NCBI GenBank assembly: GCA_965218095.1
Contig: OZ244587.1
Coordinates: 736,001 to 800,000, forward strand
Reading direction: 5' to 3'
From: Candidatus Poribacteria bacterium
Lineage (GTDB): Bacteria; Poribacteria; WGA-4E; PCPOR2b
Length of the DNA stretch: 64,000 nt
Under the pieces are notes generated by a model that searched no databases, was not told where the DNA came from, and saw only the letters and a program-made list of their open reading frames with translations. The position numbers and the translations under genes were made by a program. The first letter of the stretch is position 1, and every line of letters starts with the position of its first letter. Shown piece after piece: positions 19,659 to 29,385 of the stretch.

Positions 19659-20405
19659 TTAATCGAATGGCTTCAACGCCCGGATCTGCTTAATCTGTGC
19701 AGCAATCTCATCGGCGGAAGCATCTAGCATCCGCTCCCCTTTTTCGGCAGTTGCAGGCCGCGGATCGCCGACGCCGCCATGCCGGGTGCGCTGGTCGAAG
19801 CGGTGGTAGGAGGATATCCCCTCCACCCGCATCCCCTCACGCTCACCGTCGGGGTCCAGCCGATCTGTGCGCACGAGATCTGGGTTGATTGCCATGATCA
19901 TGCAGGTCTCGGTTTCGCCGGCGTGCCCGGAACCTGCGCCACCCAATTCACGAATTTCATCGAGTACCCCGCCGCTTGCCCAGGCCCAGCGGGAATAGAA
20001 TTCCACGCCCTCATCCCCGTAACGTTCCATCAAACGTTGGAGGAGGACGGAGATATTTGCGCCATTGCCGCCATGGCTGTTCTGGATGAGAATCTTCTTG
20101 AAGCCGTGTCCCACCATGGAGGCGACGATGTCCATCATCAGCAGCAGGTGGGTTTCCGATATGGCACTGATGGTGCCAGGATACCGTATATGATGCTGTG
20201 AGTATCCAAGCCATTGCATCGGCAAGACCAGGACATCGTCCGGGCAACGTTCATGGATACGACGCGCCACCTCCTGCCCAATGAGGCTGTCGGTAAATAC
20301 CGGCAGATGCAGGCTATGTTGTTCGCAAGATGCCATCGGCATCAGCACGACAGTATTGCGTGGCAGAGCATCAACTTCGGGTGAGGTCATTTCTGCTAAG
20401 ATCAT
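19659..20405 (-). CDS. Creatininase/creatinine amidohydrolase family
   Basis: SCEQHSLHLPVFTD, GYSQHH, NSHGGN, GHAGETET, GVGDPRPATAEKG. Confidence 0.92.
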   Translation of the reverse strand: MILAEMTSPEVDALPRNTVVLMPMASCEQHSLHLPVFTDSLIGQEVARRIHERCPDDVLVLPMQWLGYSQHHIRYPGTISAISETHLLLMMDIVASMVGHGFKKILIQNSHGGNGANISVLLQRLMERYGDEGVEFYSRWAWASGGVLDEIRELGGAGSGHAGETETCMIMAINPDLVRTDRLDPDGEREGMRVEGISSYHRFDQRTRHGGVGDPRPATAEKGERMLDASADEIAAQIKQIRALKPFD

Positions 20406-20662
20406 AGAGGTTTCTCCTGTTTTGGGTTGGTTTTTCTAGGGTGTGTTGGCATCGCCGGCGGAACTCGCTTATTGTCTTACTCTAATCGCCGTTGGATTTT
20501 CCAATCTAACGGAAGCGTCGATAATTCACACGCGCTATCTTTGAACATGCAGTAGACAGCAAGCAGTTTTTGCGCAAAATTGAAAACTGCATACGAGCCG
20601 CCTCCAGTATTGTGTCTCTTAGCACGATTTCTAAGTCCATTTTTATCCTCTGTCTATACGAA

Positions 20663-22096
20663 TCATTTTCGCCGCTCGCTGCTCACCTGCAATGCCCGTT
20701 GACGATAAAGAAACTCAAACAGATTCCCTTCGTGGGGCTGATCCCACGAAATCTGATTCGTGGAAATGGGACCCAAATTCAGACGTTCTACATCCGGAGA
20801 GCCGAGCAGATCCTGGATAAATTCTTCATCTTCCGTGATGGCAGTCACCACCAGGGTGGGACCGATACGGTCTAATATCTCCCGTTGTGGGACTTCCACC
20901 ACACTGACGAAGGAAAATAAAAACTCCGTGTTTGCCAGTGGATGTTCTGGGGCTTCGCACCAGATGACAGTCGGGGCGAGGAACGTACAACCATCCTTCT
21001 CAATCACCCGTCGTCCATCTCGATATTTGGCTGTCAGATCCGTCGCGCCGGGAACTTTCAGTTGATTGTCAATAAGATCTGAAATCCCCTCGGCGACTTT
21101 CGGATTTGTGAAAGCGGCGACTTGGGCTTCCGGGTCATCTAGCGGCTTTGCGGTGATGCACGCCAAACGTTTCGCCAACGCCTCCGCGATTTCACGTCCG
21201 TGCAATGGAACCCAGACGCCGGATGCGTTGATGCAAGACCTACCACCGTTTTCAGCTATGGAAGCGACCGTGAGGTCTAGATGGTCTTCCCACTGTGAGA
21301 CACTGTCCCCTGTAATGATAATTTTACTCCGCCCGGGGCCGTGAATTTGTACGCCGGGATGGGTCTTCCACGGCACCACCGTCGAACCACCTCCAAACAA
21401 CAGAGATCTGCCGCAACGAAGCAGGATTTCAGCGGCACCCGAATAATCTGTAGGGTAGAACCCAAACGCTTCGGGTGGACAGCCCGCCGCGATAAAAGCC
21501 TGCGCGATGCGAAGAGGCGTCCACGGTTCCTCACTGCCGGGCTTGAGGAGGAGCGGTGTTTTCAGCGGAATCGCCGGCAGCCAAAGGGAATGTACGCCTG
21601 GGGAGTTGCTGGGAAGCACTGCCCCCAATGCGTCGGTCTGGGGGACGTAGCTCAGGGGGCGTTTGTTTTGGACGCCCCATCCGGAATCGAGAACGGAAAG
21701 ATCTAGCCCGCGTGTCAGTCCACCCAAGACCGCCTCCATCTCGTTCAAAACCAACTGGATCTTCTTCATATTTTTGCGGCAGAGGATTTCAGGCAGACCC
21801 GTCGTCCCAGAAACCTGCCGAATATAGTCGTCGGGCGATTGCAAATCACCGTCCAAAGGCAGTTTTGATGCCATAAAAAAATCAGCAGCTTTTTTACAAA
21901 TCGCCAGAAGTTCTGAGATGGAAAACGCTTCAAGGGCGTGTCTGTTTTCCGCTGCCGCGCATAAGTCCTTTGCAATCAACCCGCGATTTGCCTGACTCAC
22001 AATCGCGAGCGGTTTGCCTGTCTTAATGTGTGGTACGCAAACGAGATTCAAACTCTTATAAGAAAGTCCGGCTCGCAAAATCGGAATGTGTTTCAT
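20663..22096 (-). CDS. Aldehyde dehydrogenase-fold protein, LuxC/EhpG-like
   Basis: VLPSNSPGVH, LKPGSEEPWT, HGPGRSK replacing LELGGK, catalytic Cys in NGGRSCINAS, PHEGNLFEFLY. Confidence 0.8.
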   Translation of the reverse strand: MKHIPILRAGLSYKSLNLVCVPHIKTGKPLAIVSQANRGLIAKDLCAAAENRHALEAFSISELLAICKKAADFFMASKLPLDGDLQSPDDYIRQVSGTTGLPEILCRKNMKKIQLVLNEMEAVLGGLTRGLDLSVLDSGWGVQNKRPLSYVPQTDALGAVLPSNSPGVHSLWLPAIPLKTPLLLKPGSEEPWTPLRIAQAFIAAGCPPEAFGFYPTDYSGAAEILLRCGRSLLFGGGSTVVPWKTHPGVQIHGPGRSKIIITGDSVSQWEDHLDLTVASIAENGGRSCINASGVWVPLHGREIAEALAKRLACITAKPLDDPEAQVAAFTNPKVAEGISDLIDNQLKVPGATDLTAKYRDGRRVIEKDGCTFLAPTVIWCEAPEHPLANTEFLFSFVSVVEVPQREILDRIGPTLVVTAITEDEEFIQDLLGSPDVERLNLGPISTNQISWDQPHEGNLFEFLYRQRALQVSSERRK

Positions 22097-22170
22097 GGTG
22101 AATAGCTCCAGTGTATACAGATTCGGATTGGTTTTTCCAGCCGGATGAACGGAAGAACTTGGCGTGGATT

Positions 22171-22194
22171 TGGCAATCCACGCCGGGCATTTTC
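22171..22194. repeat. Perfect 10-bp hairpin (REP-like)
   Basis: GGCGTGGATT-TGGC-AATCCACGCC between the ThDP enzyme and the ALDH-like gene. Confidence 0.55.
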
Positions 22195-22204
22195 CGGATG
22201 GCGA

Positions 22205-23956
22205 CTAAGCCGCGCGGGCTTGAGCTGTCGCCACGGCATCCGCAAGACGAAATTGCACGGCGGCACGTCCACCCTTTGGCAGGCCGAGCGGCAATCGGAG
22301 GTTCAGGAGGAATGGGCGATTTTCCCCTTCAACCACGTTCAGTCCATGGTTAATTGCCGCAGCAAGGCGAGACTCCTCTTGTACGTGCATACCGTCCACG
22401 TCAAACCCCTCTGCGAGTTTCACGGGGTCGATCCCGTCCAGAACGACGCCTGCATATTCGCCGGTCTCCTTCATCACCCCATCAGCTCGTCCAAAGTGGT
22501 GCGCGACGATGCCGTAGGATTCGTTGTTCGCAATGACGTAGAGGACTGGAATGTCATGATGCGCCGCTGTCCAGAGCCCTGAATCCGCGTAGAACATCGA
22601 ACCGTCTCCGACTAACCCAACGACAGGTTTCTCAGGCGCCGCGAGTTTCAGGCCAACTGCTCCGCCAACGCCGTAGCCCTCCGAACCCCCGGCAGCCCGA
22701 ATATACAGGTTCCTGCCACCACCCTGCAACCCACCTACGATATCCAGGGGGACAACGAATTGCTCGATCATGACTAGCCCACCACCTCGACGCTCCAGGG
22801 CTTTATCGAGGGCATCCGCGACCAGCCACGGACGTATTTGACCGGGTTGTTGCTCAACACCTTGCGCCTCTTTCAGACGTTGCGCACAGAGTGCGGCAGC
22901 TTGTTCATGCGCCCAGGCGCGTCGCTCGTCAAAGTGTTTTGGGGTCGAATGGCTTGACGCTAATTCCACAAGACGCTCAAACGTCCGGCGCTCATCCGCC
23001 AGAACCGCTACATCTAAATTCGGGATATTCTTGAGATACTTGACATCCGAGCCGATGGCGACAATCCGCTGCGCTTCAGAAAACACCCTGAAATCACCAG
23101 GCTTTCCGCCTCCACCATGGCGCATGCCGATACAAACGATGAGGTCTGGCTGAATGGCATCCGCCGCTTGATCCAGCCGTCCACAGTTTAGTTCATGTTT
23201 AGTTGAAATGCCTCTCCCCCAGCTACCGACAAAGGGAGCGCCAAAATGCTCAGCGAGCGCGGTGACTTGATTCTCCGCACCGCTCTTCCAGACGCCGTCA
23301 CCAATATAAAGCAGGGGACGCTTTGCGTCGTGCAAGGCACGTCCAACTTCTTCGACATCACTATTGACCGGATAACCTGCTCGGAGGTCCGGGATACCAC
23401 CTTCAATGATGCTCGTGGCGATCTGCTCCGGTCCAAGTACCCGATCGTAGACGGCAAGATGTACAGGGCCAACCGGCGGCGTTTTGGCGACCAGTAGGGC
23501 ACGGTGTATTGCTTGCGGAAGCCCTTCGGGTTCAATCACCGTCCAGTTCTCCTTTGTAAAAGGCGCGGCGATGGACGTTGGGCCAAAGTTGTGATTGAGA
23601 TCGAGGCTGACCTTATCCGCGTAGCTTCCGGTGTCACCTGCAAACGTGATGACCACAACGGGCAAACTGCCGCTCCAGACGTTAATGAGTTGTCCCAGGC
23701 ATTGGGCGAGCCCCGCTCCGAGATGCACCACCATGACCGATGGATCCAGATTCATCTGCGTGTAACCGCCAGCCATCGCCGCGACGCTACCCTCATGAAG
23801 CGCCAAAATGCCGTGTATGTCTGGATGTACATGTAGCGCATCGAAAAAGCGTGCCTCGCGCGATCCGGAGTTATTGAACACATACTTCACGCCCAATGCT
23901 GCGAGCTGCTCGACCATGATCTGAGATGAATTTGCTGTGATTGGTCTCATCTGCAT
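22205..23956 (-). CDS. Thiamine diphosphate-dependent enzyme (benzoylformate decarboxylase-like)
   Basis: LHEGSVAAMAGGY; GDGSMFYADSGLWTAAH...IANNESYG. Confidence 0.85.
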   Translation of the reverse strand: MQMRPITANSSQIMVEQLAALGVKYVFNNSGSREARFFDALHVHPDIHGILALHEGSVAAMAGGYTQMNLDPSVMVVHLGAGLAQCLGQLINVWSGSLPVVVITFAGDTGSYADKVSLDLNHNFGPTSIAAPFTKENWTVIEPEGLPQAIHRALLVAKTPPVGPVHLAVYDRVLGPEQIATSIIEGGIPDLRAGYPVNSDVEEVGRALHDAKRPLLYIGDGVWKSGAENQVTALAEHFGAPFVGSWGRGISTKHELNCGRLDQAADAIQPDLIVCIGMRHGGGGKPGDFRVFSEAQRIVAIGSDVKYLKNIPNLDVAVLADERRTFERLVELASSHSTPKHFDERRAWAHEQAAALCAQRLKEAQGVEQQPGQIRPWLVADALDKALERRGGGLVMIEQFVVPLDIVGGLQGGGRNLYIRAAGGSEGYGVGGAVGLKLAAPEKPVVGLVGDGSMFYADSGLWTAAHHDIPVLYVIANNESYGIVAHHFGRADGVMKETGEYAGVVLDGIDPVKLAEGFDVDGMHVQEESRLAAAINHGLNVVEGENRPFLLNLRLPLGLPKGGRAAVQFRLADAVATAQARAA

Positions 23957-24307
23957 GAGATGTTATCCTTCCTTTCTTTATCCGAGTAGAGGCGAAAAGG
24001 TGGGTCACTCCTACCCAACGCTGTATTTGTAGTATTTTCATACATCCGCTAAGGAATAAGCTCGACACCCGTCCAGAAGGCGACGTAATTCTTAATCTCT
24101 TTTGCGGCTTCCTTTGGTTCAGGGTAATACCTTCTTGTTAAGCTGGAATGTTGTTACCTGGCAATAAACTCCCGGCAGCTTTTTACATCATCTATACGCA
24201 ATTCCCCAAAAGTCGCCTGTATCGATTTCTCTGGCATTGGACTGGCTATGCTTTCCTTCGCCTAAAATTGCTTAAATTGACGGCTATGCCCATATTTCTG
24301 AATTTCT

Positions 24308-25396
24308 CTAATACACCCCCACTACAACAGACTCCTGAAGCTCAGAAAGCAGCCGGAGGTTTTTAACGCCATCCCAGGGATACCCCTCAATCGGCTCAGC
24401 CCGTTCTGCTTCATCCCTTTCGAGAAAACGCGGCATGAAGAATTCCTTCGTCAGTGTCGTCAACATCACCCGCCCTGTTTCGCCGTAGCCGACAGGTTCT
24501 TCGGGGTTGTCTGGATTGACCAATTCAATGACAGCGCGGGGTTGAGGTGGGTAGTAGATAATGGCATAGTTGTCCGCAGGGTCAAACGGTTTGCAGACCG
24601 CCAAGCCCATCAGGGTGTTCCCATACGTCGGCAAAAAATCGACCCCCGGTACCAACTCCTCGCGGGCGAAACGGTGAAATTGGGCGTCCATCTCCGTTCC
24701 ACCGCAAAAGATGCCTTTGATACCAACCTTTTGTAGGGAGATCTTTTCGCACAACTCCTCAAGCAGCTTCGGTGTTGTGAACAAACACTGGATGTTATCG
24801 TGGGCGCGTAGGATATTCAATGCTTGATCAATGACGTGGTTTTTATAAAGATCCGACTCCTGATGCTTTTCGTACTGAATCAATTTGTTCACCCATCGCG
24901 GATCGAGATCAACGAGGAAGCAGATGCCGCCGCGATGTTGAGCTAGGTATTCAACGGCGAGGCGGAGCCGTCGCGGCCCGGTGGGGCCCAGCATGAGCCA
25001 ATCGCTTCCACGTGGAAATCCCTCATCGGAAAGGGTTTCGCTGAACATTTCATAATCGATCTGAAAGTCGCGGATGCTGATGCGGCTCTTCGGGACGCCG
25101 GTAGAGCCGCCTGTTTCAAATACATACACAGGTTGGTCTGCGTAATCTTTGGGCACCCACCTCCGCACCGGTCCACCGCGCAACCATTCATCCTGAAAAT
25201 GCTCAAGGAGCTTTAAGTCGTCGTAGCCCCCGATCGCTTTGCGAGGGTCAAAATCGAGTTTCTCTACAAATTCTGACCAAAATGGAGGACCAGTTTCTGG
25301 ATTGAAATGCCACTGGACAATTTCACGAACATGGGCATCAAGTTGGTCACGCGCTTCTCCCACCTTTTTAGATAGTGATTGATTTAAGGTATCCAT
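24308..25396 (-). CDS. EhpF-like truncated ANL adenylating enzyme / acyl-protein synthetase
   Basis: WHFNPETGPPFW, FETGGSTGVPK, FLVDLDPRWV, YGNTLMG, GETGRV.LTTLTKEFFMPRFLERD, ends GVY. Confidence 0.75.
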   Translation of the reverse strand: MDTLNQSLSKKVGEARDQLDAHVREIVQWHFNPETGPPFWSEFVEKLDFDPRKAIGGYDDLKLLEHFQDEWLRGGPVRRWVPKDYADQPVYVFETGGSTGVPKSRISIRDFQIDYEMFSETLSDEGFPRGSDWLMLGPTGPRRLRLAVEYLAQHRGGICFLVDLDPRWVNKLIQYEKHQESDLYKNHVIDQALNILRAHDNIQCLFTTPKLLEELCEKISLQKVGIKGIFCGGTEMDAQFHRFAREELVPGVDFLPTYGNTLMGLAVCKPFDPADNYAIIYYPPQPRAVIELVNPDNPEEPVGYGETGRVMLTTLTKEFFMPRFLERDEAERAEPIEGYPWDGVKNLRLLSELQESVVVGVY

Positions 25397-25420
25397 AATT
25401 ATAGATGTATCCTGATACCG

Positions 25421-25786
25421 TTAGGCCAGTCGCCACGATTCAACATTCTTCAGGATTTCAGCAGACCGATGGAGAGTGAACGCCTCCGTTTCCAGAATGC
25501 ACCGATTGATTTTCAGGTAATTTTCGTTCTCAAGCAACTTCCAAAGGGGTTTTGAGTATTCGATGAAAGCGTGCTTGACACGAGTCTCCCCACGTTTCAA
25601 GTTGCCCTCCGGATCGAGTACCTGACCGACAGAATCCTTCAATTCCTCCACATAATCTGGAGACAACATATTTTTTACAACAGCGAAACCGTGTGCATCA
25701 TGACAAGCCTTAATCGCCGAAAGTTCGTCCGGTGCAAACTCATATTGATATGGTAAATTGACAGGCTGAAAGTTATTGTTGGACAT
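25421..25786 (-). pseudogene. Truncated phytanoyl-CoA dioxygenase (PhyH)-family gene
   Basis: GAGGAG RBS; HDAHGFAVVKNMLSPDYVEELK N-terminal motif; ends at 121 aa before any HxD iron motif. Confidence 0.65.
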
Positions 25787-25879
25787 TGATTTCTCCTCCT
25801 CTATACCGCTGTCGGTAATTCCCTGAACTCTTGATGTGTTCTTTGTAGCGTCATATTCAATCCGATTTCCATGCCCTCA

Positions 25880-27331
25880 TTACTGCATAGCAATCGCAAA
25901 GAGCGTATTCCGACTTGCAATATACAGTACACCGTTTTTTGCTACCGGGGTGGTATAAACCGCACTCCCCATATTGGTCTCATAGATTAGTTCTTTCTTT
26001 TTGCCTGCTTTTAAGATGGCAACATCTCCGTCCTCGTCTCCGATGTACACCTTGCCATCCGCCACGAATGTTGACCCCCAAATCGCAGCAAATGTGTCAT
26101 ACGTCCAATGATGCTCACCCGTGTTGGCATCAAGGCAGTAGACGAAACCGCTCAAGTCTGCCACGTAGAGCAGATCATCGGCAATTGCGACAGTGGACAT
26201 CGCGCGATGGAAATCTTCGTCGCCTCGATGCCAGACGGCCCCGGTCTCGGTGATGTCTCCTTCACCCGTTGCGTCAATTGCCCAGAGATGGCCGATTCCC
26301 TCCCCATGTTCCGGGTCCTGTCCCACGCTGATGTAAACCTTATCCTCCCAAATGACAGGTGTCGAAATAATGTTATTGCGTGTACCTCGGCCGCCCAGCT
26401 CCCAAACGGAATCTTTGGGATTACAGTCAAATTTCCAGATTAGTGTTCCTGTCTCAGGTTCGAGGGAATAGATCCAGCCGTCGCCGCCGGGAAAGATGAC
26501 TTGGGGTTTGCCGTTGATTACCCCGTAGGCGGGGTTAGACCATTGACCGTGTAAGATATTTTCGGCAGGAGAGGCATCTTCCCAAACCAGTTCGCCGGTC
26601 GTTTTATTGAGTGCGATAAAGCTCGGCGCAAAAGGGGAAGGAATGTGAACGTGCCCTTCGTCGACACCGTTGCTCGTTTCCACAAAGAGCAAATCACCAA
26701 CACCGACTGGGGAACAGGTGGCGAGATTGTGGGGAAAAACCTCCAATTCTTCGATCATATCATACTTCCAGATGATGTCTCCATCAATTTCGCTGGTGTC
26801 GGTCTCCTCCTTGAAGGGTCCATCATTTTCACCGTCCATGAAGCCTTCGGTATCTACGCAAACAATTTCAGCGCGGTTGGAAATATAATAGAGCCGATCG
26901 TCCTCGATAAAAGGCGTTGAACAGATACCCTGTTGAGGCCAATCGTTGACGCGTCCGGCGGGGAGTTTAGTATGTGTGGATTGCCAGAGAAATTCCCCGT
27001 CCGACTCGCGGAACGCCATAATAACGCCGCGGTCACCAGTAAGTTTCGGATTTCGCATCCCTTGGTTGTTCGTGCCGACAAACACCTTACCGCCGATGAG
27101 AACGGGACCCGCATAGGTCTGCGACCCCAAGGTTGCTGTCCATTTGATGTTTAATCCGGTTTCTGTGTCCCATTTTTCCGGCAGATTTTTTTCATCGGAG
27201 ACCAAGTTGCGCGATGGTGTGAAACCCCACATCGCTGTCTCAGCGGCGACGGGTGTTACCGATACTATCAAAACCGTTAAGAGAATAATGTAAAAGATAG
27301 CACCTGTTTCTAGAATCTGTTGATGTCTCAT
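25880..27331 (-). CDS. Secreted PQQ-like beta-propeller protein (acidic subfamily)
   Basis: Signal peptide, WGFTPSRN, LGSQTYAGP, VGTNN, DWPQQGICSTP, HGQWSNP, GQDPEHGEG. Confidence 0.85.
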   Translation of the reverse strand: MRHQQILETGAIFYIILLTVLIVSVTPVAAETAMWGFTPSRNLVSDEKNLPEKWDTETGLNIKWTATLGSQTYAGPVLIGGKVFVGTNNQGMRNPKLTGDRGVIMAFRESDGEFLWQSTHTKLPAGRVNDWPQQGICSTPFIEDDRLYYISNRAEIVCVDTEGFMDGENDGPFKEETDTSEIDGDIIWKYDMIEELEVFPHNLATCSPVGVGDLLFVETSNGVDEGHVHIPSPFAPSFIALNKTTGELVWEDASPAENILHGQWSNPAYGVINGKPQVIFPGGDGWIYSLEPETGTLIWKFDCNPKDSVWELGGRGTRNNIISTPVIWEDKVYISVGQDPEHGEGIGHLWAIDATGEGDITETGAVWHRGDEDFHRAMSTVAIADDLLYVADLSGFVYCLDANTGEHHWTYDTFAAIWGSTFVADGKVYIGDEDGDVAILKAGKKKELIYETNMGSAVYTTPVAKNGVLYIASRNTLFAIAMQ

Positions 27332-27370
27332 TTCGCTCCTCTAAAATTGTGAGTAGTTGATAACCGTAAA

Positions 27371-28126
27371 TTAAAAATCGTCTAACTGTGGTCCTGTTAT
27401 TACACTCAATATTCCGTTGTGAAGTTTGTATTTAGCATCGAAGTCTGCACAGTCGTGATTAGAGTATTTTTCCAACACTTTTACGCACCAAGCAAACAAG
27501 GTTCTGAGCGAAGCGCATGCGTCGGGGCGAGACAGAATGTACTCAATGTTAATTTTATTCAAAATTGCTCCGCCATGTTTAATTTCATCAAAACAGGAAT
27601 ACAACCCTTTGAGTTTATTTTTAGGATGGCGAATTTCCTCAACATCACCTTCGTTGTCTGAAAGGGAGGTTTTCAGGATAGTGTTAATCGCTTGTGCGTC
27701 AGCGAAGGAGTACGCCTCAAGCATATTCACCAGAAAATGCACAGATGCGCGATGCTTCAAGGTGTTTAGTACCGTATCAAGTGCCAATCGATAGCGATTA
27801 AAGACCTGTTGCGCTTGATCTCTGCGGTCATATTCCAGATCGTCAATTAGGAGGACAAAGTGGCAAACGTCAGTCATTAGATACTTTCTTGCCGCCAATC
27901 CAATTTTCGCATCTTTGCTAGGAATGTCCTTGCCGTTGCGAAGCGCTTTAAGTCTTTTCGTTGAGGTAATTGCTCCAAGCTGACCGACGCGCCGAATCAC
28001 TTCAAAGGTACAAACCCCGGTTTCCATTAGCGACTTAAATAACTTTGGAAGATGTTGTTGTTCAGTTTCCCCGGTAACGATTAAGCCAAAGTGGAAAGTG
28101 GAAATAGGTGCATTGTGGATATTCAT
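27371..28126 (-). CDS. DUF4276-like TOPRIM-fold protein
   Basis: GLIVTGETE, LIDDLE, MLEAYSFAD, HPK, CASL; directly downstream of an ABC-type ATPase; AT-rich. Confidence 0.6.
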   Translation of the reverse strand: MNIHNAPISTFHFGLIVTGETEQQHLPKLFKSLMETGVCTFEVIRRVGQLGAITSTKRLKALRNGKDIPSKDAKIGLAARKYLMTDVCHFVLLIDDLEYDRRDQAQQVFNRYRLALDTVLNTLKHRASVHFLVNMLEAYSFADAQAINTILKTSLSDNEGDVEEIRHPKNKLKGLYSCFDEIKHGGAILNKINIEYILSRPDACASLRTLFAWCVKVLEKYSNHDCADFDAKYKLHNGILSVITGPQLDDF

Positions 28127-28147
28127 CAGGCTGTGTGTCCTCTGCAG

Positions 28148-29377
28148 TCATTCCCCCTTCTCCTTGGCGTAGGGTTTACTTTGGGGGGCAATGGCTTCAG
28201 CCATGTAAAGCGAGCCGGTATCATAGCTTTCCAGCAAATCTTGAATATCGTCCATCTCACTGACCCGCGTTAGAACCGTCTGCCCAGCCTTATCCAGTCC
28301 TGTTGCCAAAATATCTGCTGGCTCAAACTGACCAATCAAAACTGGGGAATGTGTTGCGATGAAAACCTGCTTGTTCCATTCCTTTGTGGCTTGCTTGACT
28401 GCCTCCGCAAAAACAGAGATAGCATAAGGGTGAAGCGAGGTTTCCGGCTCATCGAACAAGATTAGCACGTCATGCTGATTTCCGTGAGCAAACAGCGAAG
28501 TTAGCAGAATGAGCATTTGCAATTGACCCTCCGACTCGCTTAGTGCTGGAATTGGGTCTTGCAGGTTTTTTTGGACAAAGCTGGCGTAGATTGCGTTTGG
28601 ACCGGCGGGATCAAACACCAGATCTTTGAAATTAGGGAAACTTTTTCGCATAAAACTGATAATAGTTTCATAGCGCGAATCGATTGCACTTTTATCGCGA
28701 ATGTTGCGCAGAACCGACCATAGATTCCCGCAATCCTCGCGCAACGTGATATCCATACCTGACTCCGAGCCGCGTTGCTTAAGCCCATATAGGTCAGTAT
28801 AATGAGAGTGGAAAAAATGAACAGAGTTGAGCAAACTTCGTAAATCGAAAGCATCTGGAGGAATAAGTTTCCTTCCTTGCATATACTGAATCAAAGAAGG
28901 TTCATATTGAATCAAAGCAAGTTTTTCTGGAAAGGTCAGGCGAGTTTGTGCCGAAGAGTTTTCTTCATAATGATAAAAGTCAGCCTCATTGCTGCCTACT
29001 CTTCGATTTATTAGGCGGACTTTTTTTTCTTTGGAATATAGAACTTCCCCGGCATACGGATCAATTTGACCAAGTGAAAATCCTAATCGGAGTGCGTACT
29101 CGGCAAGTACTGTTTCCAACGTGATTGATATACCTTCCCATTCATCAACGCGTTGCCCAACACCCTGCCGCAACATACCAAAACCGTTATTCCGGCTTCT
29201 ACCAGCCTCGGCAACATCTCGAAAAACACAATCCCTGACCAACCGAATTGCTTCCAACAACGTCGATTTCCCTGAACCATTCGGTCCAAACAGGACATTA
29301 ATTGGGCGCAGTTCTACTGAGACATCTGCCAGTGATCGGAAGTTTTGGATATGTAAACGGGTTAGTTGATTGCCCAT
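28148..29377 (-). CDS. AAA_21/ABC-type ATPase
   Basis: IQNFRSL, GPNGSGKS, LSESEGQ, LFDEPETSLHP, IATHSP. Confidence 0.9.
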   Translation of the reverse strand: MGNQLTRLHIQNFRSLADVSVELRPINVLFGPNGSGKSTLLEAIRLVRDCVFRDVAEAGRSRNNGFGMLRQGVGQRVDEWEGISITLETVLAEYALRLGFSLGQIDPYAGEVLYSKEKKVRLINRRVGSNEADFYHYEENSSAQTRLTFPEKLALIQYEPSLIQYMQGRKLIPPDAFDLRSLLNSVHFFHSHYTDLYGLKQRGSESGMDITLREDCGNLWSVLRNIRDKSAIDSRYETIISFMRKSFPNFKDLVFDPAGPNAIYASFVQKNLQDPIPALSESEGQLQMLILLTSLFAHGNQHDVLILFDEPETSLHPYAISVFAEAVKQATKEWNKQVFIATHSPVLIGQFEPADILATGLDKAGQTVLTRVSEMDDIQDLLESYDTGSLYMAEAIAPQSKPYAKEKGE

Positions 29378-29385
29378 GATTTTCC

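Noticed and set aside
16016-20405. Mycofactocin-like system (creatininase + radical SAM + Fe-ADH)
   Set aside because: The radical SAM is HemN-like without a SPASM domain; no MftA peptide or MftB found
20570-20640. MDLEIVLRDTILEAARMQFSILRK, possible stub of a small antitoxin-like gene
   Set aside because: Has an RBS but only about 24 informative codons; assignment not supportable
24050-24240. Possible remnant ending YPEPKEAAKEIKNYVAFWTGVELIP
   Set aside because: Interrupted by a stop and no recognisable family
24308-25396. Phenazine biosynthesis cluster
   Set aside because: No phzA/B, D, E, F or G homologs in the window
25800-25875. Possible BrnT-like start or small precursor peptide
   Set aside because: Needs a frameshift and covers about 12 codons; chance match likely
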